Shown one piece after another: positions 47,046-56,335 of a stretch of DNA of 64,000 bases (the first letter of the stretch is position 1; each line of letters opens with the position of its first letter). A program made the position numbers and the translations under genes. The DNA is from Patescibacteria group bacterium (GTDB lineage Bacteria; Patescibacteriota; Doudnabacteria; UBA920). The stretch covers positions 136 through 64,135 of the forward strand of contig WARV01000008.1 in NCBI GenBank assembly GCA_013387205.1. Direction: 5' to 3'. The notes beneath the pieces are model-generated. The model worked only from the letters and a program-made list of their open reading frames with translations. It did not search any database and was not told the origin of the DNA.

Positions 47046-47120
47046 CATTTAACATTTGACATTTAACCTTTGACAGAAAACAGTCAAATGTCACATGTCA
47101 AAGGTCACAGGTTTATTAAG

Positions 47121-47657
47121 ATGCCAACTAAGACTACTACAACTAAAAAGACTACCAAGCCCAGAGCGCCCAGGAAAACTGCGGCTAAGCCTGCTGCGGC
47201 TCATGCCAAAAAGGCGGCAGAGCCCAAAGCGGAAGCTGCCAAAACGGCAGAGGTACAGCATTTGCCAAAAGGCGAATACGTTTTTGCCACAGGCAGGAGA
47301 AAAACTTCCATTGCCAATGTCAGATTGTTTTCCGGAAAAGGCGAAAGCATTGTAAACAAGAAGCCATTCGCTACTTACTTTGGCTATACCATTTACCAAA
47401 ATGAAGTAAACAGGCCTTTTGAGGTAACCGGTTTGGTTAACCACTATCATTTTGTTTGCAGCGTAAACGGCGGCGGCCCGCACTCGCAAGCGCAGGCTTT
47501 GCGCCACGGAATTTCTTTGGCTTTAAGCAGGATCTCTCCCGAAGTCAGGAAAGTTTTAAAGAAGAACGGATATCTTACCCGCGATGACAGGCAAAAAGAA
47601 AGAAAGAAACCAGGCTTAAAAAGAGCCCGCCGCGCACCACAGTGGGCGAAACGTTAA
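47121..47657 (+). CDS. rpsI: 30S ribosomal protein S9 with Lys/Thr/Ala-rich N-terminal extension
   Basis: TGRRK, GGG..SQA, LTRD.RQKERKKPG..ARRAPQWAKR. Confidence 0.97.
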   Translation: MPTKTTTTKKTTKPRAPRKTAAKPAAAHAKKAAEPKAEAAKTAEVQHLPKGEYVFATGRRKTSIANVRLFSGKGESIVNKKPFATYFGYTIYQNEVNRPFEVTGLVNHYHFVCSVNGGGPHSQAQALRHGISLALSRISPEVRKVLKKNGYLTRDDRQKERKKPGLKRARRAPQWAKR

Positions 47658-47667
47658 TTTTACTATC

Positions 47668-47699
47668 AGACCACCCGTCATTGGGTGGTCTTTTGTTTT
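47668..47699 (+). terminator. Terminator of the ribosomal protein operon
   Basis: AGACCACCC-GTCATT-GGGTGGTCT-TTTGTTTT. Confidence 0.8.
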
Positions 47700-47831
47700 G
47701 CATCAAGATATTTACCGCAATTTTCATAAGTTTAATCTTAAGATATTACAAAATTTAATGTTGATAACCGCGCGTTACCTTTTTCACTAAATATCGTATA
47801 ATTAAGTAAGAATTAAAAATTAAAAAATAAT

Positions 47832-48614
47832 ATGGACTCACAAAACAATACGTTTCCAAGGGCGCTTATTTGGTTACTCGGCATCTTTTTAATATTAGTC
47901 ATGGTAGTTTATATTGGCGATAAAGCTTTCCAAATATCAAAGCAGGCCAAGGAAAGCAAGGAACCGCAAAAAACCATTTCCATTTCCGCAGAGGGAAAGG
48001 TTAAGGCAGTGCCCGATTTGGCTGTGGTCAATTTGGGCGTTATAACCCAAGGCACGACTGCTGCTGAAGTGCAGGACCAAAACAGCAAAAAAATCAATCA
48101 GATAATCGATTTCGTTAAGCAGCAAGGGATTAACAAAGAGGATATTTCAACATCCAATTTTAATATTTATCCTCAATACGATTACCGCAACGGAAAAAAT
48201 AATATTACCGGATATCAGGCAAACCAGACCGTCAGCATAAAAGTCAGGGGAGTTGATAAATCCACTGAAGCTTTGGGCAAAATAATAGATGGCGCGACAA
48301 ATAATGGCGCCAACGAAGTAAACGGCGTGTCTTTGAGTTTTGATGATCCGGATAACTTAAAAGAAAAAGCCAGGGAAAATGCGATTGAAAGAGCCAAGCA
48401 AAAAGCCCAGGAGATGGCCAGGGTAGCAGGGTTGACCTTGGGTAAAGTGGTTAGCGTTTCCGAATCCAACATGGGCGGATACCCGGTACCAATGGCGGAT
48501 GTGGCTTATGGCATGGGCGGAGCCGGAATTGCGCAAAAATCCATTTCTCCAAATATTGAGCCGGGCACGCAGGACATAACAGCCCAAATGACAGTGGTGT
48601 TTGAGATTAAATAG
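47832..48614 (+). CDS. SIMPL/DUF541 (YggE-like) protein
   Basis: ISISAEGKVKAVPD, PQYDY, GANEVNG, IEPG. Confidence 0.9.
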   Translation: MDSQNNTFPRALIWLLGIFLILVMVVYIGDKAFQISKQAKESKEPQKTISISAEGKVKAVPDLAVVNLGVITQGTTAAEVQDQNSKKINQIIDFVKQQGINKEDISTSNFNIYPQYDYRNGKNNITGYQANQTVSIKVRGVDKSTEALGKIIDGATNNGANEVNGVSLSFDDPDNLKEKARENAIERAKQKAQEMARVAGLTLGKVVSVSESNMGGYPVPMADVAYGMGGAGIAQKSISPNIEPGTQDITAQMTVVFEIK

Positions 48615-48645
48615 TTAATAGTGAATAGGCAATAGGAAATAGTTT

Positions 48646-48727
48646 ATCAAGGGGCATCCTGTATCAGATACAGGATGCCCCTTGATGCATCTGGCGAATG
48701 GCTTGAGCCTACGGTTGAGCCATTCGT
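48646..48727. repeat. 41-bp palindrome (48646-48686) plus GAATGGCT..GGTTGAG hairpin (related to 1989-2011)
   Basis: ATCAAGGGGCATCCTGTATC-A-GATACAGGATGCCCCTTGAT. Confidence 0.75.
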
Positions 48728-48756
48728 TTTGGCTTACTTAAGGCAAAAATTAAAAC

Positions 48757-48787
48757 TAAAAAACTCCGGAATTTCCGGAGTTTTTTA
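48757..48787. terminator. Bidirectional terminator at the rnpB 3' end
   Basis: TAAAAAACTCCGGAA-T-TTCCGGAGTTTTTTA. Confidence 0.8.
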
Positions 48788-48789
48788 GT

Positions 48790-49119
48790 GCTTTAAGCAA
48801 ACTCATAAGCCGAATTCTGTTTCTAAATAATCATCTGTCTAGCCCTTAAATTGCTCTAAGGGTCAAGCAGCCTACCTAACTTGGCTTTGCACTCAAGTAA
48901 GAGTTTAGCCGTTTCACCTTGGCATTGCTACCAAGACGATCCAATTGCTTGGATCTCCTAGCCTTTCGGCATCGGACGTTTCTGTTCGCATCTCGCACCT
49001 TGCGGTGGACGGGAATTACCCGCTACCCTTTTTGATAACTCTATAGAGGCTATCAAACAAGTGTTCGGACTTTCCTACCCAATTTTTACATTGGATTGAT
49101 TATTCGATTTGCTTAAAGC
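48790..49119 (-). ncRNA. rnpB: RNase P RNA (compact, ~330 nt)
   Basis: Minus strand: P1 GCTTTAAGCAAA/TTTGCTTAAAGC, CR-I GGAAAGTCCG, ACAGAAAC, GGTGAAACGG, CR-V ACAGAATTCGGCTTA. Confidence 0.95.
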
Positions 49120-49125
49120 TTCAAT

Positions 49126-49154
49126 ATTCTATCAGATATTATCAAAATTGTCAA
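49126..49154 (-). promoter_or_regulatory. rnpB promoter
   Basis: TTGACA-N17-TAGAAT on the minus strand. Confidence 0.75.
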
Positions 49155-49198
49155 GTATAAGCTGGAAAAAAGCAGTTAAAATTGATATAATATTTTAT

Positions 49199-50635
49199 AT
49201 GAAGAAAGCGGAGCTTATTTTTAACTTGGTGACCATACCAATGGACGGCTTAATGATAATAGCCGCCGGTGTGGTATCGTTTTTTATTAGGCAAAGGTCA
49301 ATAAATTTTATCGGACCCATTATCTACCAGCTGAATTTGGGCGATTTTGTCAGTACCGTTTACAAGCTTGCCCCTATTTTGATTCTTATTTTCGCTGTGC
49401 TAGGCTTGTATAACTTAAGAGGGACAAGAAAGTTTTCCGACGAGTTTTCCAAAATTGTCATCGGAATTTCCCTGGGGCTTTTGATTGTCATGCTCTTATT
49501 CTTCTTTAACCAGACAATTTTCCCTTCCAGGTTCATAATTTTAGCCACCTGGGGGTTGGGAATTTTGTTCGTGGTAGCCGGCCGCCTTGCATTAAAATTA
49601 GTCCAGCAGCTTTTGTTCTACCAAAACATCGGCCTGCATAAATTGGTTGTTATAAATAGCGAAAGCGGAAACATTTCGGTAATTGAACAGGTTTATAAAA
49701 ATAAAAAATACGGATACGAAATAACCAGCGAGTTGGAATATTCGGAAAGTATTTTTGAAAAGCTGCAAAATTTATACGACAATAAAAAAATCGACGAAAT
49801 TTTACAGGCTAATCCAGGGCTGGGAGACGAAATAAACTTGAGACTAGTCCAATTTGCCCGGAATAAAGGCTTGCAGTTCAGTTTCGTGCCGAACCTTTTT
49901 GAAGTCCAGAGAAATTCGATAGAAACTTACAACTTAAAAGGCGTTCCGGTAATCAGCCTGAAAAATACTCCGCTGGACGGCTGGGGAAAAGTCGCCAAAA
50001 GGATTTTGGATATTACAGCATCAACAATTTGCCTGGTTATAACCAGTCCGCTGTTTTTAATTATCTATATTGCCATTAAAATCGACAGTGAAGGCAAGGT
50101 GATTTATTCCGCTTTGCGCGGCGGCTGCGGCAGGGATTTTCCGTTTTACAAATTTAGGAGCATGTACAGCCACTTAAGCGTAGGCGCAATGTATGGCGGC
50201 GATGGAGCGGAAAAAGTCAGGCAGGAGCTTTGGAAAGTCAACAGCCGCGGCGGGGCAAGCGGACCGTTCTTGAAAATCAAAGATGACCCAAGAGTTACCA
50301 AGGTTGGAAAGTTTTTGCGTAAAACCAAGCTCGACGAAATTCCGCAATTTTGGAACGTGCTTAAAGGCGATATGAGCATGGTTGGCCCAAGAGCCCACGT
50401 TTTGGATGAAGTTGATCGGTACAGAAACCGCTACCGCAGGATGTTTTCAATAAAGCCCGGAATTTTTGGTATGTCGCAAATAGCGCAAAGTTCCTGGCCG
50501 GATTTGCCGTTTGAGGAAGAAATCAAGCTCAACACGTTTTATATTGAAAACTGGAGCCTATGGCTGGATTTGAAAATTTTGGCAAAAAGCTTTTGGCTTA
50601 TCTTTTTCGGCAGCAAAGCCAGGGAAGATTATTAA
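49199..50635 (+). CDS. Polyprenyl-phosphate phosphoglycosyl transferase (WcaJ/WbaP/CpsE family)
   Basis: KRILD, KFRSM, DDPRVT, KLDEIPQ, VGPR, YIENWSLWLD. Confidence 0.95.
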   Translation: MKKAELIFNLVTIPMDGLMIIAAGVVSFFIRQRSINFIGPIIYQLNLGDFVSTVYKLAPILILIFAVLGLYNLRGTRKFSDEFSKIVIGISLGLLIVMLLFFFNQTIFPSRFIILATWGLGILFVVAGRLALKLVQQLLFYQNIGLHKLVVINSESGNISVIEQVYKNKKYGYEITSELEYSESIFEKLQNLYDNKKIDEILQANPGLGDEINLRLVQFARNKGLQFSFVPNLFEVQRNSIETYNLKGVPVISLKNTPLDGWGKVAKRILDITASTICLVITSPLFLIIYIAIKIDSEGKVIYSALRGGCGRDFPFYKFRSMYSHLSVGAMYGGDGAEKVRQELWKVNSRGGASGPFLKIKDDPRVTKVGKFLRKTKLDEIPQFWNVLKGDMSMVGPRAHVLDEVDRYRNRYRRMFSIKPGIFGMSQIAQSSWPDLPFEEEIKLNTFYIENWSLWLDLKILAKSFWLIFFGSKAREDY

Positions 50636-50737
50636 TATATAATCCGAATTACCCGAAATATTTATCCAAATGCCCCAAATAAAATAAGATGCATTCGGAT
50701 AATTCGGATGTTAATTCGGGGCATTAGGATTACATTA

Positions 50738-51949
50738 ATGAGGGTTGCTTTAGCACATGATTCGTTTACTCAATTAGGCGGAGCGGAAAGGGTAATTGCA
50801 GAATTACACGAGATGTTTCCGGAAGCCCCGATTTTTACTTTGGTTTTAGACCGGAAGTTAAAGGGTGATTTTGCCGGCTGGGATATTAGGACATCATGGC
50901 TTCAGGTGTTATACAATTTCATTCCCAAGTTGCAGTACCTTTTGCCATTTATTCCTCTTGCTGTTTCGTCCTTGGATTTGTCCGGGTACGATGTGGTAAT
51001 TTCTTCCAGCTCAAGCTGGATTAAGAATATCAAGACGCCGAAAAATTGCATCCATATCTGCTATTGCCACACGCCTACCAGGTTTTTATGGGTAGATAAA
51101 GATTATGTGTCGCAAGAAGTGCCGAAATTTTTAAAGCCTTTGGTAAATTGGCTGCTTAAATTAATGAAAAAGTGGGATTTTAAAAAGGCGCAAAAAATCA
51201 ATTTTTTTATTGCCAACTCCAAAGAAGTCCAAAATAGGATTTCCCAATATTACCATCGTGACAGCGTAATAATTTACCCGCCGGTTGATACAAATTTTTG
51301 GCATCCAATCGCCCCGTCATCGTCATTGCGAGTGCAGCCGAAGCAATCTGTTAGATCAAACCAAGAGATTGCTTCGTCCACCTTCGCTGAAGCTACGGCG
51401 GACCTGCGATCGGATGCACTTCTCGCAATGACATCAAAAAAGGATTATTTCCTTATTGCCGGACGCCTGCAAGCGCACAAAAAGAATAATTTAATTGTTG
51501 AGATATTTAACGAGATCGGCTTGCCTTTGCACGTAGCGGGGACAGGACGCCAGGAAGATTATTTGCAATCCATTGCCAAGCCAAATATCAAATTTTTAGG
51601 CAGGATTAGCGACGAACAACTTAGGGATGAATACAGCGGAGCAAAAGGTTTAATTTTCCCGCAGCTCGAAGATTTAGGGCTAATTCCCATAGAAGCGGCC
51701 AGCTGCGGCACGGCAACTATCGCTCTTGCCAAAGGAGGTTCTTTGGAAACTGTAGTTCCCGGAGTAACAGGGGAATTATTTGAAACTTACGATAAGGAAA
51801 AAATCAAACAGATAATTCTTTCATGGAACCCGGATAAATATTCCCAAGAAAATTTAACGGTTCACGCTAAAAAGTTCGGCAAAAATTCATTTAAGGAAAA
51901 ATTATTGGAATTCATAAATAAAAATAATCTCAATGAAAGAAAGGTTTGA
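50738..51949 (+). CDS. GT4 glycosyltransferase with in-frame RPE-like insertion (51322-51432)
   Basis: GGAERV, CYCHTP, IYPPVD, EDLGLIPIEA. Confidence 0.93.
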   Translation: MRVALAHDSFTQLGGAERVIAELHEMFPEAPIFTLVLDRKLKGDFAGWDIRTSWLQVLYNFIPKLQYLLPFIPLAVSSLDLSGYDVVISSSSSWIKNIKTPKNCIHICYCHTPTRFLWVDKDYVSQEVPKFLKPLVNWLLKLMKKWDFKKAQKINFFIANSKEVQNRISQYYHRDSVIIYPPVDTNFWHPIAPSSSLRVQPKQSVRSNQEIASSTFAEATADLRSDALLAMTSKKDYFLIAGRLQAHKKNNLIVEIFNEIGLPLHVAGTGRQEDYLQSIAKPNIKFLGRISDEQLRDEYSGAKGLIFPQLEDLGLIPIEAASCGTATIALAKGGSLETVVPGVTGELFETYDKEKIKQIILSWNPDKYSQENLTVHAKKFGKNSFKEKLLEFINKNNLNERKV

Positions 51950-52826
51950 ATCTTCAGAAAATATCTATAACAAAATAAGCCCTACCGCTTGGTCTGTGGC
52001 TTATGGCAGGACTTTTACCGATATCCCATTTTCCAATGAAATTTATTCAGAACTAAAAAATGATAACCCGGCTTTTTTGCGATTGGAAAAAGACGGTATG
52101 TTAAGCGCCAGGCCGGTAGCCGTCCAATTCGAAGCTAGATACAAGTTAATTAATAAACTTACAAAGTTAAACGGTCAGAGACAAATTTTAGAGTTAGCAT
52201 CCGGTTTATCGCCGCGTGGAATGGAGCTTTCCAGTCAGGATTGTGATGTTTTTGTCGAAACGGATTTGCCGGAAATGATTGACCTTAAAAATGACATAGT
52301 AAGAAAAGTTTTACATCACAAAAATATTGCATTAGACGGGCGTTTATTCATCGAACATGGCAATGCCATAGAACCGGGAGGTTTGGCACAAGCTGCTAGC
52401 CATTTCAAACCGAATGAGCACGTTTGTGTGATTACCGAAGGGTTGTTGCGTTATTTGGACTTTGATGAGAAAACCAAAGTGGCAAAAAATGTAATATCTG
52501 TACTCAATAAATATGGCGGTTATTGGCTTACATCAGACACACAAACTTTGGCCGACGTGCCCGAATCACATAAAACCGATAATGCAAAATTTTCCAAGTT
52601 AGTCGGTAGGGAAATTTCAAAAAATTATTTTGAGACCCCGAAACACGCCGAAGATTTTTTTGAGAATTTGGGCTTTACGGTAAAGCCTTATTCGTTCAGC
52701 GAAATCGAAGATTGTTTGGTTTCTCCCATGCGTCTGGGCCTGGATAAAAAAACAGTTAACGAAGAGCTGTCTAAGCGCAGGGTATTCTTAATGAGATTAA
52801 AAGAATCGAATGAAAATAACCATTGA
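51933..52826 (+). CDS. Class I SAM-dependent methyltransferase (LCM-like)
   Basis: ISPTA, FEARY, LELASGLSPR, ETDLP, TEGLLRYL. Confidence 0.85.
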   Translation: MKERFESSENIYNKISPTAWSVAYGRTFTDIPFSNEIYSELKNDNPAFLRLEKDGMLSARPVAVQFEARYKLINKLTKLNGQRQILELASGLSPRGMELSSQDCDVFVETDLPEMIDLKNDIVRKVLHHKNIALDGRLFIEHGNAIEPGGLAQAASHFKPNEHVCVITEGLLRYLDFDEKTKVAKNVISVLNKYGGYWLTSDTQTLADVPESHKTDNAKFSKLVGREISKNYFETPKHAEDFFENLGFTVKPYSFSEIEDCLVSPMRLGLDKKTVNEELSKRRVFLMRLKESNENNH

Positions 52827-53931
52827 TTTACGAAGCTTGTCGAGCGGGAATGTTTCGGGCGTGGAAAACTACACTTTGAACCTTTTGGAACATTTGCTGA
52901 CAATTGATAAGAAAAATACATATACGCTGTATTATAATTCCTGGAAAAAAGCCAGCTTGCCGGATTTGCATTTTATTAATTCGAAGATTGTAAAGACCAG
53001 TTTTCCGAATAAAGTTTTAAACTTGATGCTGATGGCAAAGCTGGTTGATATGGAAAAATTATCCGGACCGACTGACTGCCTGTTCATGCCGAATTTGAAC
53101 CAGTTTAACATCAATCCTAATGTGAAACTAGTTTTAACTGTCCACGACTTATCGCCGATTGTAACGCCTGAATATTATGATGCAAAAAGGAACCTTTGGC
53201 ACAAGCTTTTAAGGTACAAACAGGCTTTTAATAGGGCTGACTTGATATTCGCCGTATCGGATTTCACTAAATATGATTTAATGAAGCATTTCAATTTGCC
53301 GGAAAATAAAATTCACGTTGTACATTCTGGGATTGACCATAAACATTTTAATACAGAAATACCAGATGAAAAATTAAGGGAAGTGAGGAATATTTACGGC
53401 TTGCCAGGCGATTATATTTTGTTTTTAAACACCATTGAACCAAGGAAAAATTTATCAGGAGTGATAAAAGCGTTTGAATTATTGGACCATCCTGTAAATT
53501 TAGTCATTGCCGGAAAGAAAGGTTGGAAAAACGGGGGTTTGTTTAATCAAATCAGAAAAAGCCGCAAAGCAAAGAAAATTAAATATTTGGGTTACATTAA
53601 AGAAGAAGACAAACCGGCAATTATCAAGCTTTCTCGGGGCTTAGTTTATCCTTCGTTTTACGAAGGTTTTGGTTTTCAGCCTCTTGAGGCAATGGCGTGC
53701 GGAGTGCCTACTGTAGTATCCCAGGTTTCAGCTCTGCCGGAAGTAGTAAAAGATAGTTCTTTGTTGATTAATCCTTATGACCCAAACAGTATGGCTTTGG
53801 CTTTAGAGCAAATTTTATCTGATGAGGAATTGTCGGGTCAACTAGTCCAAAAAGGACTGAATTTGGTTAAGGAATATAATTGGGATAAATTTGCAGGGCA
53901 GATTTTGGAAGGGTTGAATAGTCTCTACTAA
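52810..53931 (+). CDS. GT4 glycosyltransferase
   Basis: SGVENY, TVHDL, EPRKN, PSFYEGFG. Confidence 0.93.
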   Translation: MKITIDLRSLSSGNVSGVENYTLNLLEHLLTIDKKNTYTLYYNSWKKASLPDLHFINSKIVKTSFPNKVLNLMLMAKLVDMEKLSGPTDCLFMPNLNQFNINPNVKLVLTVHDLSPIVTPEYYDAKRNLWHKLLRYKQAFNRADLIFAVSDFTKYDLMKHFNLPENKIHVVHSGIDHKHFNTEIPDEKLREVRNIYGLPGDYILFLNTIEPRKNLSGVIKAFELLDHPVNLVIAGKKGWKNGGLFNQIRKSRKAKKIKYLGYIKEEDKPAIIKLSRGLVYPSFYEGFGFQPLEAMACGVPTVVSQVSALPEVVKDSSLLINPYDPNSMALALEQILSDEELSGQLVQKGLNLVKEYNWDKFAGQILEGLNSLY

Positions 53932-54037
53932 ATACTAATATGTACTAAATATACTAAAGTAATATACCAGCAGTGATATCAATTAAGTATATTTGGATGA
54001 TATTTAGTACCTTTAGTATTAATTAGTATTTAGTAGA
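53924..54037. repeat. Family D periodic IR (inverted relative to 9519-9630)
   Basis: Supplies the GT4 stop (TAC TAA); spacer is the reverse complement of the 9519 copy's spacer. Confidence 0.85.
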
Positions 54038-54059
54038 AAGATTAGTAGTAAAAATATTT

Positions 54060-55190
54060 ATGATTATTGGACTAGACCTTAGAATGTTAGGCAATCGGCA
54101 TGGCGGCATAGGGCGCTACTCTTTGGAATTGGCAAAAAATATCCTAAGAACAGACAAAATAAACTATTACAAGTTATTTGTAAACCCTAAAAATTCTGAC
54201 GAAGGCGATATAAAACAATTTGAGCAATTCAGCAACGCAACAATTATTCCAGCCAATATTAGGCATTATTCTTTAATGGAACAGATTAAGTTTTGGAGAG
54301 TGCTTAATAAGGAAAACCTGGATTTGGTCCATTTCATGAATTTTAATGTCCCGATAATGTATGACCGCCCTTTTATAGTGACAATCCATGACGTAGTGCA
54401 TCACAAGATTGGCGGAGCGAAAAAAAGCCGCTTGCCGCATTTCTTGGCGTATAAAAAAGTCATTGGCAACGCGTCTAAGAAAGCAGCCAGGGTAATAACC
54501 GTTTCAGAATATTCAAAAAATGACATATCAAAATATTTGCAAATACCTTTGGAAAAAATTGATGTGGTTTACGAAGGCGCGTCCGTTAAAACCGATATTT
54601 CTGAAAGCAGGATAAGCCAGGTCAAGAAAAAGTATTTGCTAGACAAGCCTTATTTGTTGTTTGTCGGCGTCTTAGAGCGCAAAAAAAATGTCATTAACCT
54701 TGCCAGAGGTTTTGACGTACTTTTGAAAAAATACAAATTTGACATTGATTTAGTTTTTGCCGGCAAGCCCGACCCGCATTATCCGGAAATAAAATACAAA
54801 GCCATGGACATAAAGTTTAAAGACCACTTGGTTTTCACGGATTATTTGGAAGACGAAGATTTGGCGGCATTGTATAAGGGCGCGCACGCGTTCGTATCGG
54901 CATCGATGCATGAAGGGTTTGGCCTGCCGGGGGTTGAAGCCATGAAATTCGGGCTGCCATTGGTTGTTTCCAACATTGACGTGTTTAATGAAATTTATGA
55001 TAAGGCGGCTATATATTTTAATCCCTTGGATCCTGATGATATCGCGGAGAAAATCAGCCTTTTGGTGAGTGATGAAAAATTCCACGCCCAAATGCAAACG
55101 TTTAGTTTTACTCAGGGCCAAAAATTCAATTGGGAAGAAACAGCAAAGCAGACCCTGAATATTTATCAAAAAGCCTTAAATGAAATATAA
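54060..55190 (+). CDS. GT4 glycosyltransferase
   Basis: GGIGRY, TIHD, EGFGLPGVEAM. Confidence 0.93.
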   Translation: MIIGLDLRMLGNRHGGIGRYSLELAKNILRTDKINYYKLFVNPKNSDEGDIKQFEQFSNATIIPANIRHYSLMEQIKFWRVLNKENLDLVHFMNFNVPIMYDRPFIVTIHDVVHHKIGGAKKSRLPHFLAYKKVIGNASKKAARVITVSEYSKNDISKYLQIPLEKIDVVYEGASVKTDISESRISQVKKKYLLDKPYLLFVGVLERKKNVINLARGFDVLLKKYKFDIDLVFAGKPDPHYPEIKYKAMDIKFKDHLVFTDYLEDEDLAALYKGAHAFVSASMHEGFGLPGVEAMKFGLPLVVSNIDVFNEIYDKAAIYFNPLDPDDIAEKISLLVSDEKFHAQMQTFSFTQGQKFNWEETAKQTLNIYQKALNEI

Positions 55191-55234
55191 TATATTTAGC
55201 TAGGAAGTGATCTCAAAATCTCATTAGTATCATT

Positions 55235-56332
55235 ATGCGCATAATTCTTGTAGGCGGAGGCACCGGAGGGTCAGTATCACCGCTGCTTGCCGTCGCCGAA
55301 GAAATTAAAATAAACCACCCTAAGGCCAGTTTTTTATTTATCGGAACCAAGACCGGGCCGGAACGGCAGATGGCTGAAGGTTCCTGTATGGAGTTTAAGA
55401 GTATTTCCGCGGGCAAATTTAGAAGGTATTTTAGCCTGGCGAATTTGGCAAGCCCGTTTTTGGTGCTTGGCGGATTTTGGCAATCCGTAAAAATCTTAAA
55501 AGAATTCAAGCCGGATTGCGTTTTTGGCACCGGAAGTTTTGTCCAGGTGCCTCTGATTTGGGCTGCCAAGTTTTTAGGTATTCCTTCGGTAATCCACCAG
55601 CAGGATATTGTGCCGAGCCTTGCCAATACTTTGTGCCAGCATGCTGTTTCAAAAATAACCGTAACTTTTGAGGATTCGTTAACAGATTTTTCGTCCGGTC
55701 TCGGGCTATTCTATAAAAAGAAGAAAAAAGACAAGATATATTGGACAGGTAACCCTTTTCGTCATAGGTTGGCGGAGGCGGTTAAGGAAAAGGCAATAAA
55801 ATCTTTTGGATTAAAGAATGATTTTCCAACCCTTTTCGTAATTGGCGGGGGCACGGGGGCAGCGGGTATCAATAAAATACTGCTTGAGTCCTTGCCTGAA
55901 TTAACCAAAACAGTACAGGTTATACACGCGACAGGAAAGAATAAGCCAAGCGGTTTTAAATCTGAGAATTACCATCCGTTTGAATTTATTTCGAATGTCG
56001 GAGAGGCTTTTGCCGCATCTGATATAGTGCTTTCAAGGGCAGGTTTGTCGACGATTACTGAATTGTCAAATTTGAAAAAAATTAGTATAATAGTTCCCAT
56101 GCCCGATTCGCACCAGGAAATGAACGCGCTATTAATGATGCAGCAGAATGCGGCAATAGTCGTGCCGCAAAACAAGCTTACTCCGAAAAGGCTCGTAATG
56201 ATTGTCAGAAAACTTTTGTTTGAGCCTGATCTGCAAAAAGCGCTAAAGAAAAATATAGGGCAAATAATGCCGAAAGATTCCGGCAAGAAAATAGCATCAA
56301 TCATTACGGAAGAGGTAATTTTAAAAAAATAA
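55235..56332 (+). CDS. murG: MurG GlcNAc transferase
   Basis: GGGTGG, GTGSFV, HQQD, GNP, GGGTGA, SRAG, HQEMNA. Confidence 0.93.
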   Translation: MRIILVGGGTGGSVSPLLAVAEEIKINHPKASFLFIGTKTGPERQMAEGSCMEFKSISAGKFRRYFSLANLASPFLVLGGFWQSVKILKEFKPDCVFGTGSFVQVPLIWAAKFLGIPSVIHQQDIVPSLANTLCQHAVSKITVTFEDSLTDFSSGLGLFYKKKKKDKIYWTGNPFRHRLAEAVKEKAIKSFGLKNDFPTLFVIGGGTGAAGINKILLESLPELTKTVQVIHATGKNKPSGFKSENYHPFEFISNVGEAFAASDIVLSRAGLSTITELSNLKKISIIVPMPDSHQEMNALLMMQQNAAIVVPQNKLTPKRLVMIVRKLLFEPDLQKALKKNIGQIMPKDSGKKIASIITEEVILKK

Positions 56333-56335
56333 GAT

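Noticed and set aside
26453-50737. Upstream ORF extensions at 26453, 30623, 44390, 47070, 49109 and 50708
   Set aside because: They translate repeat arms, the MITE or the rnpB promoter (for example MIRLIRSIRLIRN); homology starts at downstream ATGs.
2821-54037. Periodic repeats as CRISPR arrays
   Set aside because: Units are 7-9 nt, contiguous, degenerate and inverted, with no unique spacers and no cas genes.
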